Source of the DNA: Macrostomum lignano
Lineage: Eukaryota
Length of the DNA: 64,000 nucleotides
Assembly (NCBI GenBank): GCA_002269645.1
Contig: NIVC01000206.1
Location: 434,001 to 498,000, forward strand
Direction: 5' to 3'
Position numbers and translations under genes: made by a program. The notes under the pieces were generated by a model. The model was given only the letters and a program-made list of their open reading frames with translations. It was not told the origin of the DNA and did no database searches. This document shows positions 30,049 through 44,155 of this stretch, in pieces (position 1 is the first letter of the stretch; each line of letters opens with the position of its first letter).

Positions 30049-32581
30049 ATGAATCACCTACACCAGCTTCATCAGCATCACGGTATAGTCAGCTCCTCAT
30101 CATTAACTTCAGTTACCAACGCTAATCTGTCATCAATGTCAATCGCCTCATCTATGGTGCCGCACGCTGGCAGTCCTCAGCATCATCAGCTGCATCAGCA
30201 GTTGCAAATTCTGCAACAACAGCAGCAGCAGCAAGAAAAAGAGGTGATCTATAAGTGGATTCAAGAGTTGAATAATTCTTCTACAAGAGAGTCGGCTCTA
30301 CTGGAATTGTCCAGAAAGCGCGACTCGATCCCGGATCTGGCGCCTCTGCTGTGGAATTCCTTCGGCACCGTGGCCGCCTTGCTGCAGGAGATTGTGCAGA
30401 TCTATCCATGCATTCACCCGCCTGTGCTGTCGGTGAGCCAGTCTGCACTATGATGGACTGTTTATGAGATCTAGGAGTGAGAGAAGGATGTGAAATCTGT
30501 GAATGTGAGAATGTTGAGATCTGTTGTGAGAATGTTATGAAATCTAGGGGTAAAAAGTTGTGAGATCTGGGGTGAGAAGGTTACGAGATCTGGTGTCAGA
30601 AGGTTATGAGATCTACTCCCAGGGTGAGACGGTTATGTGATCTGGTGTGACAAGGTCATGAGATCTAGGGTGGGAAGGTTATGAGATCTATGGTGAGAAG
30701 GTTATGAGATCTAGGGGTGAGAAGGTTTATGAGATCTAGGGTGAGAAAGTTATGAGATCTAGGGTTAAAAGGGGTGAGAAGGTTATGAGATCTAAGGTGA
30801 GAAGGGTATGATATCTATATTGAAGATTAGATCTAGCTCGTATATAAATTAGAAATTAAATTAAATATTTGAATAAACAGCATAGTGTGTGAGAGAAAAA
30901 TGTGCGGAGATATGATAAGGAAGTTTTCAATCGCCGTTTAGATGTTGCTACTACTACTCGTACTTCTGCTACTACTACTACTACTAATTTTAATAATATT
31001 AATAATACTAATAATACTAGCAATAAAACGGCCACATCTCTCAGGCTCATCAGTCCAACCGAGTCTGTCACGCCCTCGCTCTGCTCCAATGCGTGGCCTC
31101 TCATCCGGAGACGCGAGCTCGATTCCTGCAAGCCTCCATACCTCTCTATCTATATCCGTTTTTGCACACATCCAGTCGGACTAGGCCGTTCGAGTATCTG
31201 CGACTGACTTCGCTTGGCGTTATTGGCGCCTTAGTGAAAGCAGACGATCGGGAGGTGATCACCTTCCTATTGCACACCGAGATCATACCGTTGTGCTTGA
31301 GAATTATGGAAACTGGCTCTGAGCTGAGTAAAACTGTGGCCACTTTTATATTGCAAAAGATTCTGCTTGACGAGACCGGTCTGGCTTATATCTGTCAGAC
31401 CTACGAGAGATTCGCTCACGTTGGCGCTATACTCAACAAGATGGTGCAATTCCTGTCTAGGGAGATGAGCGCCAGACTGCTCAAACCTGTGGTCCGCTGC
31501 TACACCCGATTGGCTGACAATCCTAGGGCTAGACAAGCCTTGGTTACCACCCTGCCCGAGGCGCTTAGAGACGATACCTTTCAGGTGAGGCTCCTGTCTG
31601 TGCTGCCTCTTCCCTTCATCCAGTCTCCCTGCTTCATCCAGTCTCCCTGCTTCATCCAGTCTCCCTGCTTCATCCAGTCTTCCTGCTTCATCCAGTCTCC
31701 CTGCTTCATCCAGTCTCCCCTCCTTCATCCAGTCTCCCTGCATCATCCAGTCTCCCTCCCTTCATGCAGTCTCCCTCCCTTCATCCAGTGTCTCCTTCAT
31801 CAAGTGTCTCTCCTTCATCCAGTCTCCCTCCCTTCATCCAGTGTCTCTCCTTTATCAAGTGTCTCTCCTTCATCCAGTCTCCCTCCCTTCATCCAGTGTC
31901 TCCTTCATCAAGTGTCTCTCCTTCATCCAGTCTCCCTCCCTTCATCCAGTGTCTCTCCTTTATCAAGTGTCTCTCCTTCATCCAGTCTCCCTCCCTTCAT
32001 CCAGTGTCTCCTTCATCAAGTGTCTCTCCTTCATCCAGTCTCCCTCCCTTCATCCAGTGTCTCTCCTTTATCAAGTGTCTCTCCTTCATCCAGTCTCCCT
32101 CCCTTCATCCAGTGTCTCCTTCATCAAGTGTCTCTCCTTCATCCAGTCTCCCTCCCTTCATCCAGTGTCTCTCCTTCATCAGGTGTCTCCCTCCCTTCAT
32201 CCAGTCTCCCTCCCTTCATCCAGTCTCCCTCCCTTCATCCCGTCTCTCCCTTTACTCCTCCCTTCCCTTCTCCCTACATCCGATCTTTCTTTTTTCTCTC
32301 CCTTCAACTATACCTTTGTCCATCATCCAAACCATTTTCCTCTCTGGACAAACTTGCACACAATATATTCAAATGCCAACATTCCGTCTTACCTGATGCA
32401 GGAGGTGATGCAGCAGGATTCCAGCATCCGCGCTTGGCTGCAGCAGTTGCGCAACACCCTGGATCCGGCTGGGTCTCAGCTTCAACAGCAGCAGCAACCA
32501 AACGCCTCTGCAGCCGCCGCTGTTGCCGCCGCTGTCAACAATGCGCTGCCTGGAAGCGGCCTGTATTCGGCATCCAGCTAA
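30049..32581 (+). CDS. CNOT9: CCR4-NOT subunit 9 (Rcd1/CAF40), 367 aa; exons 30049-30432, 31045-31584, 32402-32581
   Basis: [99 protein letters not shown]. Phase-0 GT-AG introns. H/Q/S-rich N-terminal and Q/A-rich C-terminal extensions. Confidence 0.95.
30465..30810. repeat. Degenerate ~22-bp tandem repeat GAGATCTAGGGTGAGAAGGTTAT
   Basis: In CNOT9 intron 1. Confidence 0.85.
31613..32245. repeat. Pyrimidine-rich tandem repeat TTCATCCAGTCTCCCT... with higher-order units
   Basis: In CNOT9 intron 2, starting ~28 nt after the donor. Confidence 0.92.
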
Positions 32582-33692
32582 AAATAGCAAAAAAGGCGGA
32601 AATCATTGAAATATTCACTAAACCAGTTAATAATTATAATTGCTGGGTTTCAGTAATAACATCGTAGTTATAATAATATTGAATCTAACTAACGATTATA
32701 ATTACAAGTTCTATTAATTTTACGTTTATTGTGTTACAACTAAACAAGTTTAACAACTATTATCAATTGAAAATGTAAACTTTTTTCCAAGAAACTGATA
32801 AGCTGTTTAACATCCTGTACTCGTCGGAAATTATGATATTATAAGAATTGCCATTCTGTCTTTCGGTCAGTCGAAGTAGAATGCAAATATGCCTCTATAT
32901 ACATGGTGTTTATAATATTTATGCAATTGAACAGTTATGACGACTTAATCAGATCAAATTTGTCTGTTTCTTTCATTTTTGGTTATTATATTCTTTATTT
33001 TTAAATAAATATATATAAGGCGCACTTATCACGCTTTCTCTTGTTAAAACAGTTCTTTCTGTCTAGTTTGGTGGCTTGTATTTTTGTTTTATCTTTCCTC
33101 GTTTGCTTTGCAGAGCTGTGGTTTATTGTAGCTTAAAATGTGCAATGACAAAACTGCCATTATAAATAGTCCTGTTAGTTTGGCTTGTTTATTTTTTTGG
33201 TTAACTTAAATTTGTCTACTTATACTAACTCGGCTACTGATGTATATTAGTAGACAGTTAAGCGCTTCATGTGGTCGATAAATTTGTGCTTTCTTTAATT
33301 ATTATTTAAATTCTCTCTCGCCTATGCAAACTCGACGATATTTTCGCATTGTTGTACTGTTAGTAGCAAGTTTGCTCAGTCAGCAAATTCTGCTGTTTTT
33401 TTAATTAATTGAATTGTTGCGTTTATATAGCTTTGAAAGTGCGCTAACTCTCAGATTAATTCATATGCGCGTATTGGTATATTGCTCTTCTTTCACTGCG
33501 TCGATAGGATATTTTATTTATTTTATTTGTTTGTGCATTGTGTTCCTTCCTCAAGTTTGCTTTCGTCAATTCACTTTCCATTGTTCAACGGTATGATCTG
33601 CTACAATTGAGTTACTCTGTTCTTTCAGAAATCATCTATTCAGATCGGTTGAGCAGACTTACTTTTATGTCAAAATATTACTGTTGCTTTGC

Positions 33693-34122
<430 letters not shown>

Positions 34123-34127
34123 TCATA

Positions 34128-34270
34128 TATATACATATAGTTTATTACAGTTTAATTGGTGTGCAGTTCCGGTTATTTCCTTTCTCCTATCTATTTGTGT
34201 GCGCGTCTATTTTGTTTTGCTGTTAGCATCACAGATACTAGAATAACTAGATGTGTCTCCCGCAATTAAA

Positions 34271-34310
<40 letters not shown>

Positions 34311-34945
34311 CGTCTGTCTGTATGTCTGTCCGTCTGTCTTTCTATCTACCTGTCTATTTAACTGCATGCCCCAAATATTATATTTTTACTGTTTTAGTTT
34401 ATTAATAAAAAGACCTTTTCGTCTTTCTATTTATTCCCCCCGTCACTATGTTGCCTGTTCAGCTCCTATTGTCACATTTTTTAGAAGACAAGTTTATCAA
34501 AGAGTTTTAAACTAGAAAAGATTCCGTTTTGCAATTGCTGATATATAAATAGAAGCTTATATATTATATTTGCATAATTTTAGATTGGGCTTTGTCATTA
34601 AATCTGCCTGCATGACTCGTTCTGTGACATCTGTGAAATTTTATTGTACGAGTATACTGCAATGAGTGCAAATAATAAGAGCTTAGTGCATAGAACATTG
34701 TAGTATATTGCTCATCTCCTTTTACAGCAGCCAATTTCTGTTTCATTGTTTTCCTTGCCTACCAATTATCAATCAATGTCTAAACTAGTTATTTATACAT
34801 ATATGCATATAGTTTATTACAGTTTAATTGGTGTGCAGTTCCGGTTATTTCCTTTCTCCTATCTATTTGTGTGCGCGCCTATTTTGTTTTACTGTTAGCA
34901 TCACAGATACTAGAATAACTAGTTGTGTCTCTCGCAATTAAATTT
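34128..34945. repeat. ~145-bp direct duplication (34128-34270 and ~34797-34945)
   Basis: catatagtttattacagtttaattggtgtgcagttccgg...cgcaattaaat occurs twice with few substitutions. Confidence 0.85.
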
Positions 34946-35119
34946 GTGAAAAAAACTAAAGCGTCTACTCTGTTTTCAGTAGTTTGTCTGCGTAGTGCCA
35001 TTTAAATTTAATGTAGCAGCTTAAAGTTCCATTTCCTTTGTCGGGTTTGTGGCTTCGGAAGTATACGGGGTTAAAAATGAACAGCAAAGCATTTAACTCG
35101 ATGTACACAAGTGAACGCA

Positions 35120-35420
35120 AGACGGACGAAACTCGGCCTTGGGGCTGGCCCAATCTAGCCCAGCCAATCAGAGAGCAGTAAGGACAGAAGTCAAAGTCAG
35201 ACGGACGAAACTCAGCCTAGGGGGTGGGCAGGCTCAATATAACCCAGCCAATGAGAGAGCAGTAAGGACAGAAGTCAAAGTCAGACGGACTAAACTCAGC
35301 CTAGGGGGTGGGCAGGCTCAATCTAGCCCAGCCAATGAGAGAGCAGTAAGGAAAGAATTTAAAACCAGACGGACGAAACTCGGCCTCAATCTAGCCCAGC
35401 CAATGAGAGAGCAGTATGGG
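35120..35420. repeat. ~84-bp tandem repeat, ~4 copies, each with a CCAAT box
   Basis: gacggac(g/t)aaactc at 35121, 35200, 35284, 35368; cagccaat(c/g)ag in each copy. Confidence 0.85.
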
Positions 35421-36543
35421 AAGAGATCAAAAGTAAGACACAGGACTCCAAGAGTAAACCTAACCATTTATCACCCATTTATTTACAAACAATTTCAAGT
35501 CAGAGACAGTCAGTCTGGAGTTGGTAAAACAGGATGAAGATGTTAATTTAATGGGTCTGTTTGAATAAAGCCAAATGCGATTGCTGCTGCTTAAAAAAAC
35601 TGTGAAAAGATCTTTAAAATTTTTATCTTACATTTCCTACTATAAAAGCGAAAACTCCAATTTAGAAAAATAAAATAAATGAGCGTATTCTTTACAAATT
35701 ACATATCTAGTCTAGATATTCCAGTATCTGTGGTTAGCACCAATCTAATAGAAGCATTGTGTGTAATTGTAGTTACTGAACGTCTCTATTGACTGTGCGC
35801 AATAAATAATGAATGAATAGATAAATATTATCATCTAATTAAATTGCGACGACGTTTGACGTTTTGTTTTTTTTGCGTCACAATTGTGTGAAACTCCGAT
35901 TTCTAAAATGTAGACAAACTACATAGAAGATAAAAAGTAGTAAATATTCTTTAGTGTCTACTTATTTACGAGTAAGTAGGGTAGTCTAAATTTTCCGGAG
36001 TTTTTTATTAACACTGTCGAGAAATTTCGTCATGCCGCGCAATCTCACGCGGATCACGTGAGATTTTGTGTCTTTTTTTAGCCCAAAAATCCGGTTTAAA
36101 CCGGTTGATTTCTTATTTCTGCTGCGTTACGGAAATGATGACTGAAGACGGTCTACGTTTGTTCGCAGCATTCCAGTTTTTGCAATTAAGCAATGAAACA
36201 TATCATTTTTAAAAGATGAGCAAGATTAACCGTAGAAATACTTAATCTCAGGAACGAAGCAACGCAGGCACACGGGCTAACTTTTTGTTGCGCACTTTCT
36301 TAAACAAGAATCAAGTCGCCAGCCCTCGGGACCGTCGAGATATACAACGATTTTGACAGAAGGTGGGACTTTCATAATAAAAAGCGCTAGTAGTGCATTC
36401 AATACACCCACGTGCGCCAAATCAGCACTGCGCCTCAGTGCAGCCTTGCCAAGCTTTTAAATTAAGCGTCGATCACACGTGTCTGCATCAGCTCTGACTT
36501 CGTTGGTCACTGACCTTTTCCCAGGCGGAGCTTCTGGACCTTC

Positions 36544-36786
36544 AGCAGGTGACACCATGTGACTATGGACACCCTGATGCGAATTTCTCTGGTTTTGCTG
36601 ATCAAGCCCCGACAATGGGCAAACCGGCAAACCTCAACTGCTGGACATCCTCAGCTAGTCTCTCAAGCATTCAGTCATCGCAACAGGGTGTCCATAGTCG
36701 GTGCCATCTGTTAAAGGGTGCCGACGCATCGGGGTGGTGAGGGAACGCTTGAGAGTCTAGCTGAGGATGTCCAGCAGTTGAGGCTT
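36544..36786. other. Interleaved inverted repeats A-B-A'-B'
   Basis: A 36544-36582 pairs with A' 36678-36712; B 36629-36672 pairs with B' 36743-36786 (41/44). Confidence 0.9.
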
Positions 36787-37059
36787 GTACATTTTATTCC
36801 CGCCTTGGTAGTTCAACGGGCGACAAAAAGCTTGGTATTCCTACTGTTAAAAGAAAAACTATAGCTTTTCGTGTACATCAGAAATGATTTGTTTCGATTT
36901 CAGTTATGTATTTCATCAAACATAAAACAAGTACCGTTAGTGTTGTACTCTATTCTACCTTGCACCCTGCGCCCTTGTCAATTTGTAATGTACACCAAAC
37001 TAATTAATTAGCCCCCCCCCACCCAAGCCATTTGATGTCAACTGCGAACCTAACACTCT

Positions 37060-37551
37060 TGCTTCGCGCTGGGAAGACTGGTCGTCGCAATTATTGTGCT
37101 TCATTCAGGCTGCAGGAGTCAAGGACCCCGCGCAACAGAGGCAAGTTCTGCTCTGGCGGCAAAGAGCTGGCCGAAATGTACAAACAGCTAAGCAACACTG
37201 GAGACACCATCGAGGCAGCAGAGAGTTGCGACTTCAGAGATCTGCGGGACTCCCTAATCCGATGCGGCCGTAGGGAAGCCTGCAGCATCTGTAACAAACC
37301 GAGACACCTTGCCCAGGCCTGCATGTCCAACTCAAGAGACCGCGTGCACATCCTTTGATGATCAAAGGCGGTAGGACCCGGAAAGCTTCAGCAATCTACC
37401 GAGCAACGATGAGGTGTTCTCTCTGGCTACAGACAAACTGCCGCTGCTGACAGTCTCAATCAATGGCAAGCGGCTGGAAGCCCTCGTCGACAGTGGCGCC
37501 AGCTGCAATGTAATCGACATGGCGACCTTTCAGGAGATCAAGACTGCTTGA
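37060..37551 (+). pseudogene. Ty3/Gypsy gag-protease remnant
   Basis: CCHC zinc knuckle CSICNKPRHLAQAC (37281-37322). Aspartic protease LTVSINGKRLEALVDSGASCNVID (DSG at 37489-37497), ending at TGA 37549-37551. Confidence 0.8.
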
Positions 37552-37559
37552 TCTCCGCT

Positions 37560-37865
37560 TGAGCCCGCGAGCGAATTGCCCGCCGAGGTTTGCCGGCAAT
37601 GCTTTTTTCCTGCAGCGTATTTGGCAGCTAGATTCTGTCTGCAATGCCCCCCCCCCAAAAATACGCATTTGATATGCAGCTACTATCAAAACGTTTTGAT
37701 CGTGTAAATCTCTTTATTAAGTCTTACTAAGCATTGGAGAGGCAATGCAGACAAAATCTGTCGCGTGGCCAAATGCGCTGCAGGAAGAAAGCTTTGCGGG
37801 CAATTCACTTGCGGGGAAATTGCACTGCGGGCAATTCTCGGCGGGCAAATCTCCTGCGGGATTTC
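37560..37865. mobile_element. Foldback/MITE-like palindrome truncating the Gypsy remnant
   Basis: gcttttttcctgcagcgtatttggc..agattctgtctgcaatgcc mirrored by ggcaatgcagacaaaatct..gccaaatgcgctgcaggaagaaagc. Boundaries approximate. Confidence 0.6.
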
Positions 37866-38069
37866 TCGTGCTTTAAAAAACGTTCGTTCTTTATTAGCAG
37901 CATCACACTCTCCCCATTAAGCATCTCAGCAACTCTCTCTTGAGCCTAATTGGCATCTCAGCAATTCCCCCTTGACAGATTTAGACAGATTTAAAAAGCG
38001 ACATATTACCATTCCGTTACTAGCAGTTTGTTTATCCTTACAAGATATGTATGCTGAACAAACTTTTAA

Positions 38070-38756
<687 letters not shown>

Positions 38757-40191
38757 GGCTCAAGATCGAAACGACGCAGGATGATAGTGTCCGAAAAGGG
38801 ACCTATATATGACAATAACTGATACTGACTTTCCTCTCTAAATGTTGTAAAATTCCCTCTTCAAACTATTTGAAATACAGTGTAAAGCCATCAATATAAA
38901 ACTTTCATATCAGAACCGGTTCAAACCGGTTTAGCTTCTATCAATGTGCACGGATTCACGGTATTGCACAATATGGTGCAATAATTTTTGCACATTAATA
39001 AAAATTTACCGCAAATGTCCTTACTACTACCCAAATAAGTAGTGTAGTGTGGTTGTGCCAATTTTTGTCTTTAGAACCTAAAACTAATTAGAAACTTGTT
39101 AGACAAAGAGCACTTTTATTTCTTAGATATATGGAGCGATGGTTTAATGTAATTTAAGCGATAGATTATAATGAAGATGCACTTAACTACCCCAGACATG
39201 TAGTTGTGAAGTCAAATAGTTTAGCCTTTGCCTATGCACGGATCACGTCACAAGCAAGTCAAAATTCACACAATGGGTACAATATATTTTCGCGACTATA
39301 CCAAATGAGTGTGAAAATGCGCTTTATACTACACAAATAGGTAGTGTATTGAAGTTTTACGCGTCTTTTTAGATAAGACACAATCTAGATCACGGAGCCC
39401 GTAATCAAGACAACTTAAACCCATTTAAATGGTTTAGCTATTGCAAAACAAGGTGAGTCATTGTTTCACAATATTGTGCAATATTTTCAAGTACGATTAG
39501 ATGAAAGATGTGTATAACTACCCAAATAAGTAGTGACATGAGATTTTCTGAGAATTTTTTACAATTCAGATCGAAATACTAAGCACAAAAAGAACTTTCT
39601 AATCACTAAAAGCTATTTTTGTTGAAATGAAAAACATTTGGTTAGAAACTAAAGCAATAGTTTAGAACGATTATAACAACGAAAAAGAGCAGCCTAAACT
39701 ATTTAGTTATTTTTAGTAACGTGTATTTTAAAATAAAATAGGTGTTTTTTAAACACAGTAGAAAATGGTAATACATTAGACGATAATATTTTGATATTTA
39801 ATGAATATTTTTAAGACAGAAGCTGCCAATAAATTGTGACTATATTTATTATAATACCAAACTAATTAGCGACAGAATTGTATTAAAAAATAACTCAATA
39901 AAAATAAACGAAGGAATTTCCCTGAATTCAATAAACAGTTTATTTTGGCTGAATAGTTAAACTTGTTCAAAACCAACAAGAGAACAGGATAGAGAGTTAA
40001 ACTAACACGAACAGTCAATTGAAACATTATTAAACAATGGCAATATAGTACAAGAGATGCAGAACATGCTTGAATTTTTTTAAAATAGAGACCACAAGGA
40101 AAAACATAATAAAATATTAGTTAAGAAGCGAGAATAAAAGAAACTTAGCGTCACAGAGCGCACTTGTCAAAAGCTGTGCAACTGAGCCTTT

Positions 40192-40608
<417 letters not shown>

Positions 40609-40750
40609 TTAAGAGAATTTAGCAAAATTGCTGCGGGATTGAATGGGTGATTATTTGTTGTCTTAAAAACAAACAATCTGGGTTTAGTTAAGCATCAGAA
40701 TTGCTGCAGGCTTTAGTCAAAAAGTTTAAAATCAAATCAAGCATCATCTC

Positions 40751-40756
40751 TTTATA
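40751..40756 (-). promoter_or_regulatory. TATA box of the H3.3-like gene
   Basis: TATAAA on the minus strand ~150 bp upstream of the ATG. Confidence 0.5.
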
Positions 40757-42597
40757 CTGCTGAGCCTCTGACCCACAGTTTGGTTAGAAACCTACAGACT
40801 TCATGCTTACAGATTGTTAAAATTTAAAAATTGATAAAAGTCTCAAAAGCAATCGATTTTGTGACTATCAAGTTGTTAAACATCAGTATTGCATGTAACC
40901 TTCCATTGTGACCACAATAAGCTGTCATTAATGTGGCGATTAATGTGACTATCAAAGATCTATAAGACCTATATTTAGCAATTAGTGCTTTGTTATATGC
41001 TATAGCACTAGCCAATAAGTTAAAACTACTGATAAGTATTATAAAACAATCTTTCTATTCTTGGAACTGGGCCGGCGCGTCCTGGGCTGGCGCCGTGTCT
41101 GGGGCCGGCGCATTCAGGTGCAAGATAGATTTTTCTTATAACAGTGGCTTAATAACTATAAAAAGCAACTCTGAATGAAGAATTGCATGCTTCTTCCTAT
41201 ATAAGTATTGCCATATGATTCTAAATAACCTTACAGAGCTGGAGCTATTCTTAGAAATACAGCCAAAACTACAAAGATTTGTTGTGGCTAGACTTGTGAT
41301 TAAGTCATATTGTTTTATTTCTAAGGATAACCTTATTAATGATTTGCATATGATATGCACCAACTCAAAAATTACAGGTCAAATGCAACTTGGTGCCACT
41401 AAATTAGAATTTATATTATAAATTCTTTCTATAAGATAAATATTTCTCTATATCAGAGAATTTTACTATAATTAACCTAAAAATTTAATGGCAAATGAAA
41501 TGACCAAATTGGCAAAAGAAATGACTTTCTACAAAAAATAAGCCAACAGAAGGATAGCAAACAAATTTGTGGTTAATCTCTTATATAACTTTTGATACTA
41601 GCAGTAAGTGAAATAAATAGAAAGAAGAAACCTTTATCATAACTTTTGGTGGCATTTAAAGGAAGTTGAAATCAAGTCAGCTTTATAATAACTTTACTAT
41701 TATATAAGTAATGTATTTTTTAAACTGAATAAAGAGCCCTTAGTTTTTGTCTTAGCAATTAGGAGAGAAGAAAATTTTCTATACAAGGAAATCCTTGTTC
41801 AGAAAATGAAGCTATTTACATTAAGCTATGTACATTAAAAACTGGCAACCAACTTCAAATAAACAGTTGGGTTATTCCAGGGCCAGTGCTCTCCTAAGAG
41901 TGTTCTAACGTACACCCACTACCCGGCTCTCTCTCTCTCTTTCTCTGTCTGTCTCAGTTTTGATCTGTTGACTCTCCCCCCATGTTTTGTTATTACAATT
42001 TTGTGCATCACTGACTATCTGCCACTGAAATGTATTTATACTCTACATTTTGACTTAAATTAAATAAATTCCAATCTGCCCAATGATGCCTAAAGTTAGG
42101 CAAAACATGTTGTTCTAATGAAAATGCTCGCAATCTCTTTTCTTTTATTAGCTTAAAGAATAATAGCATATATATAAAATGTTGACAGTCCTTTACTTTT
42201 GCACATTTAATTATTTTTCAAAAATTCAACAAATTCTAAACACAGTTATAATTAAGTTTAATAATAGCAAGTTTGTTGTGTCATATTTGGTTGCACTAGA
42301 TATTATAATAGTGCACTACATAGAAAAATATATTGCCAAAAGGTGTTTTGCAAGTGGCAATAGTACCATAGAAACTTATCTAGATAGGTATTAAATAGGG
42401 ATTTGGGCCTTTGGATATGCCATCAATGGCCATGAATGAGGCCTTAATCAGCTTAGTATAGGCCCATGTACCTTTAATTGTATTTGTATTAGCATGGACA
42501 TCTAGGTTGTTAAGGTCCAAAAATGCAGCCAATTAAAATTGTTTAAAAAAGTAAGCAAGGCAAGAAATCTCTTAGAATCTCAGTCTTAGGCCTATAT

Positions 42598-44155
42598 CAG
42601 AGACAACTTAAACTACTAGGACGCAAAATAAGCCAAATCATGGCAAAAAAAGTTGGGGGCTTGTTTGAGTCTATGGGTGCCCAATTTTTCATGCATTAAA
42701 TGCTTAGCTTAGCTGCTGAAAAGACTAAAGGCTACAGTATTATTTTTGCTTTAAAAGGTTCAGTAAGTTGTCTAAAAGGTTTTTTATTCAGTTTTAAATG
42801 TTTTTTTAGTACTAAAAAACGGCCATACAGAGCACAATGACATACAATTAGACATGTGAGTTATTCATGAAGAAAAGGTTTAAACTTAGCATGGTGTATA
42901 TATTGTGGAACGGAACTGAACATAACTTATTTGAGGAGGAACTTATACAGGGACCTGTATACTATATAGGAAAAACTGGGGTACTAAGCAAAAATTACAT
43001 ATATTTAAGCATGTGAGATAAGCATAAGAGAAAAAAGTTTAATAGCATAAAATGGTGTGTGTACAAAAGTATATGGCAACTTGTACTCATAGAATAGAAC
43101 ACAGAAAATCAGGACTAAACAGAACAAATTTTAGGAGGAACCCAGATGAGAAGCAGTTAGATATGAAAGATTTCGGATTGAAAAATTTGAAACTCCAAAG
43201 ACAGAATGCGTTTTACCAGGCCTTTAAAATAAACATGATCGTAAGCCGACGACTTATACTGCCGTGTCTATGGAGCCGTCACACTTCAGTGCTGCAACAA
43301 CCTTTTCATTAAAGACTTGGAGAGCGAGTGTTACTTTCATTTTTCTATATGCTAGCTAGAACTGAAGGATACAAGTAGCAAGCTACGTGGGTTAATTCCG
43401 TTTATTTGACAATGTGATATTCTTCTGATTTGTACAGTCGAATCACATCTATCCATTTGGCTAATATAGGGCCTAACTATCTGCACCTCGCGGTTGAATA
43501 GTTAGGGTTCCATTGGATTTGGTTTGCCAATTGTTGCAAGTCTTGAATCAAAACTGGTATATGCATAATGAATACGCGAATGGAGAAGTTTAGGGTAAAT
43601 AAAAACTGTCTGTCTGTTTGTCTGTATCAAGCACAAAAAGGGAAAGCCAGAAGGCGGATCTTTCGGTCTTTCATGTTGACCATTCTTTCACATGGGGTGT
43701 CACTAGCCAGTGCTTTTGGCATATGTCTATGTGTTCAGTCACTTTTTAGAATGGTAAGTTTTATCGCAGTGGTTATTTTTAACAATTAGTTTATAATAAA
43801 TTCATCCACGCATACCAGCGTATGATTGCTTAGAATTAACATCTTTCTTACCTCAAAAATATTTGGTAGGGTTTGTCTCCAATGTTCCCATTCTTGTGCA
43901 TCTCAAGGAAGAGTAAATATTGTTGTTTGGCTTTCTTCTGAGTTAGTTTGATCTGCAGTTAAAGATGCTGCACTTTCTCGACATTTTTCACAGTCGCACA
44001 AGAGATGAGGGCTTTTTATTTGCCCTCACATCTTTTTAGACTGAAGAGTTGTAGTTGGAAAAGCCTGGCCATAGAACACTGCTTTCAAACGAGCCCCCAA
44101 CTTTTTTCACCATGATTTGGCTTAATTTGCATCCCGGTAGTTTTAGTTGTCCCTG
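42598..44155. mobile_element. Non-autonomous TIR element, CAG...CTG termini, 9-bp TSD
   Basis: ~70-bp imperfect TIR (gacaact.aaactac..gga.gcaaa.taagccaaatcatgg..aaaaaagttgggggct.gtttga). GGCCTATAT at 42589-42597 and 44156-44164. hAT or MULE affinity unresolved. Confidence 0.7.

Noticed and set aside
31093-32667. 524-aa CNOT9 ORF reading through intron 2
   Set aside because: The pyrimidine-rich repeat simply lacks stops. Splicing 31584 to 32402 restores the conserved C-terminal helix, whereas retention shifts the frame.
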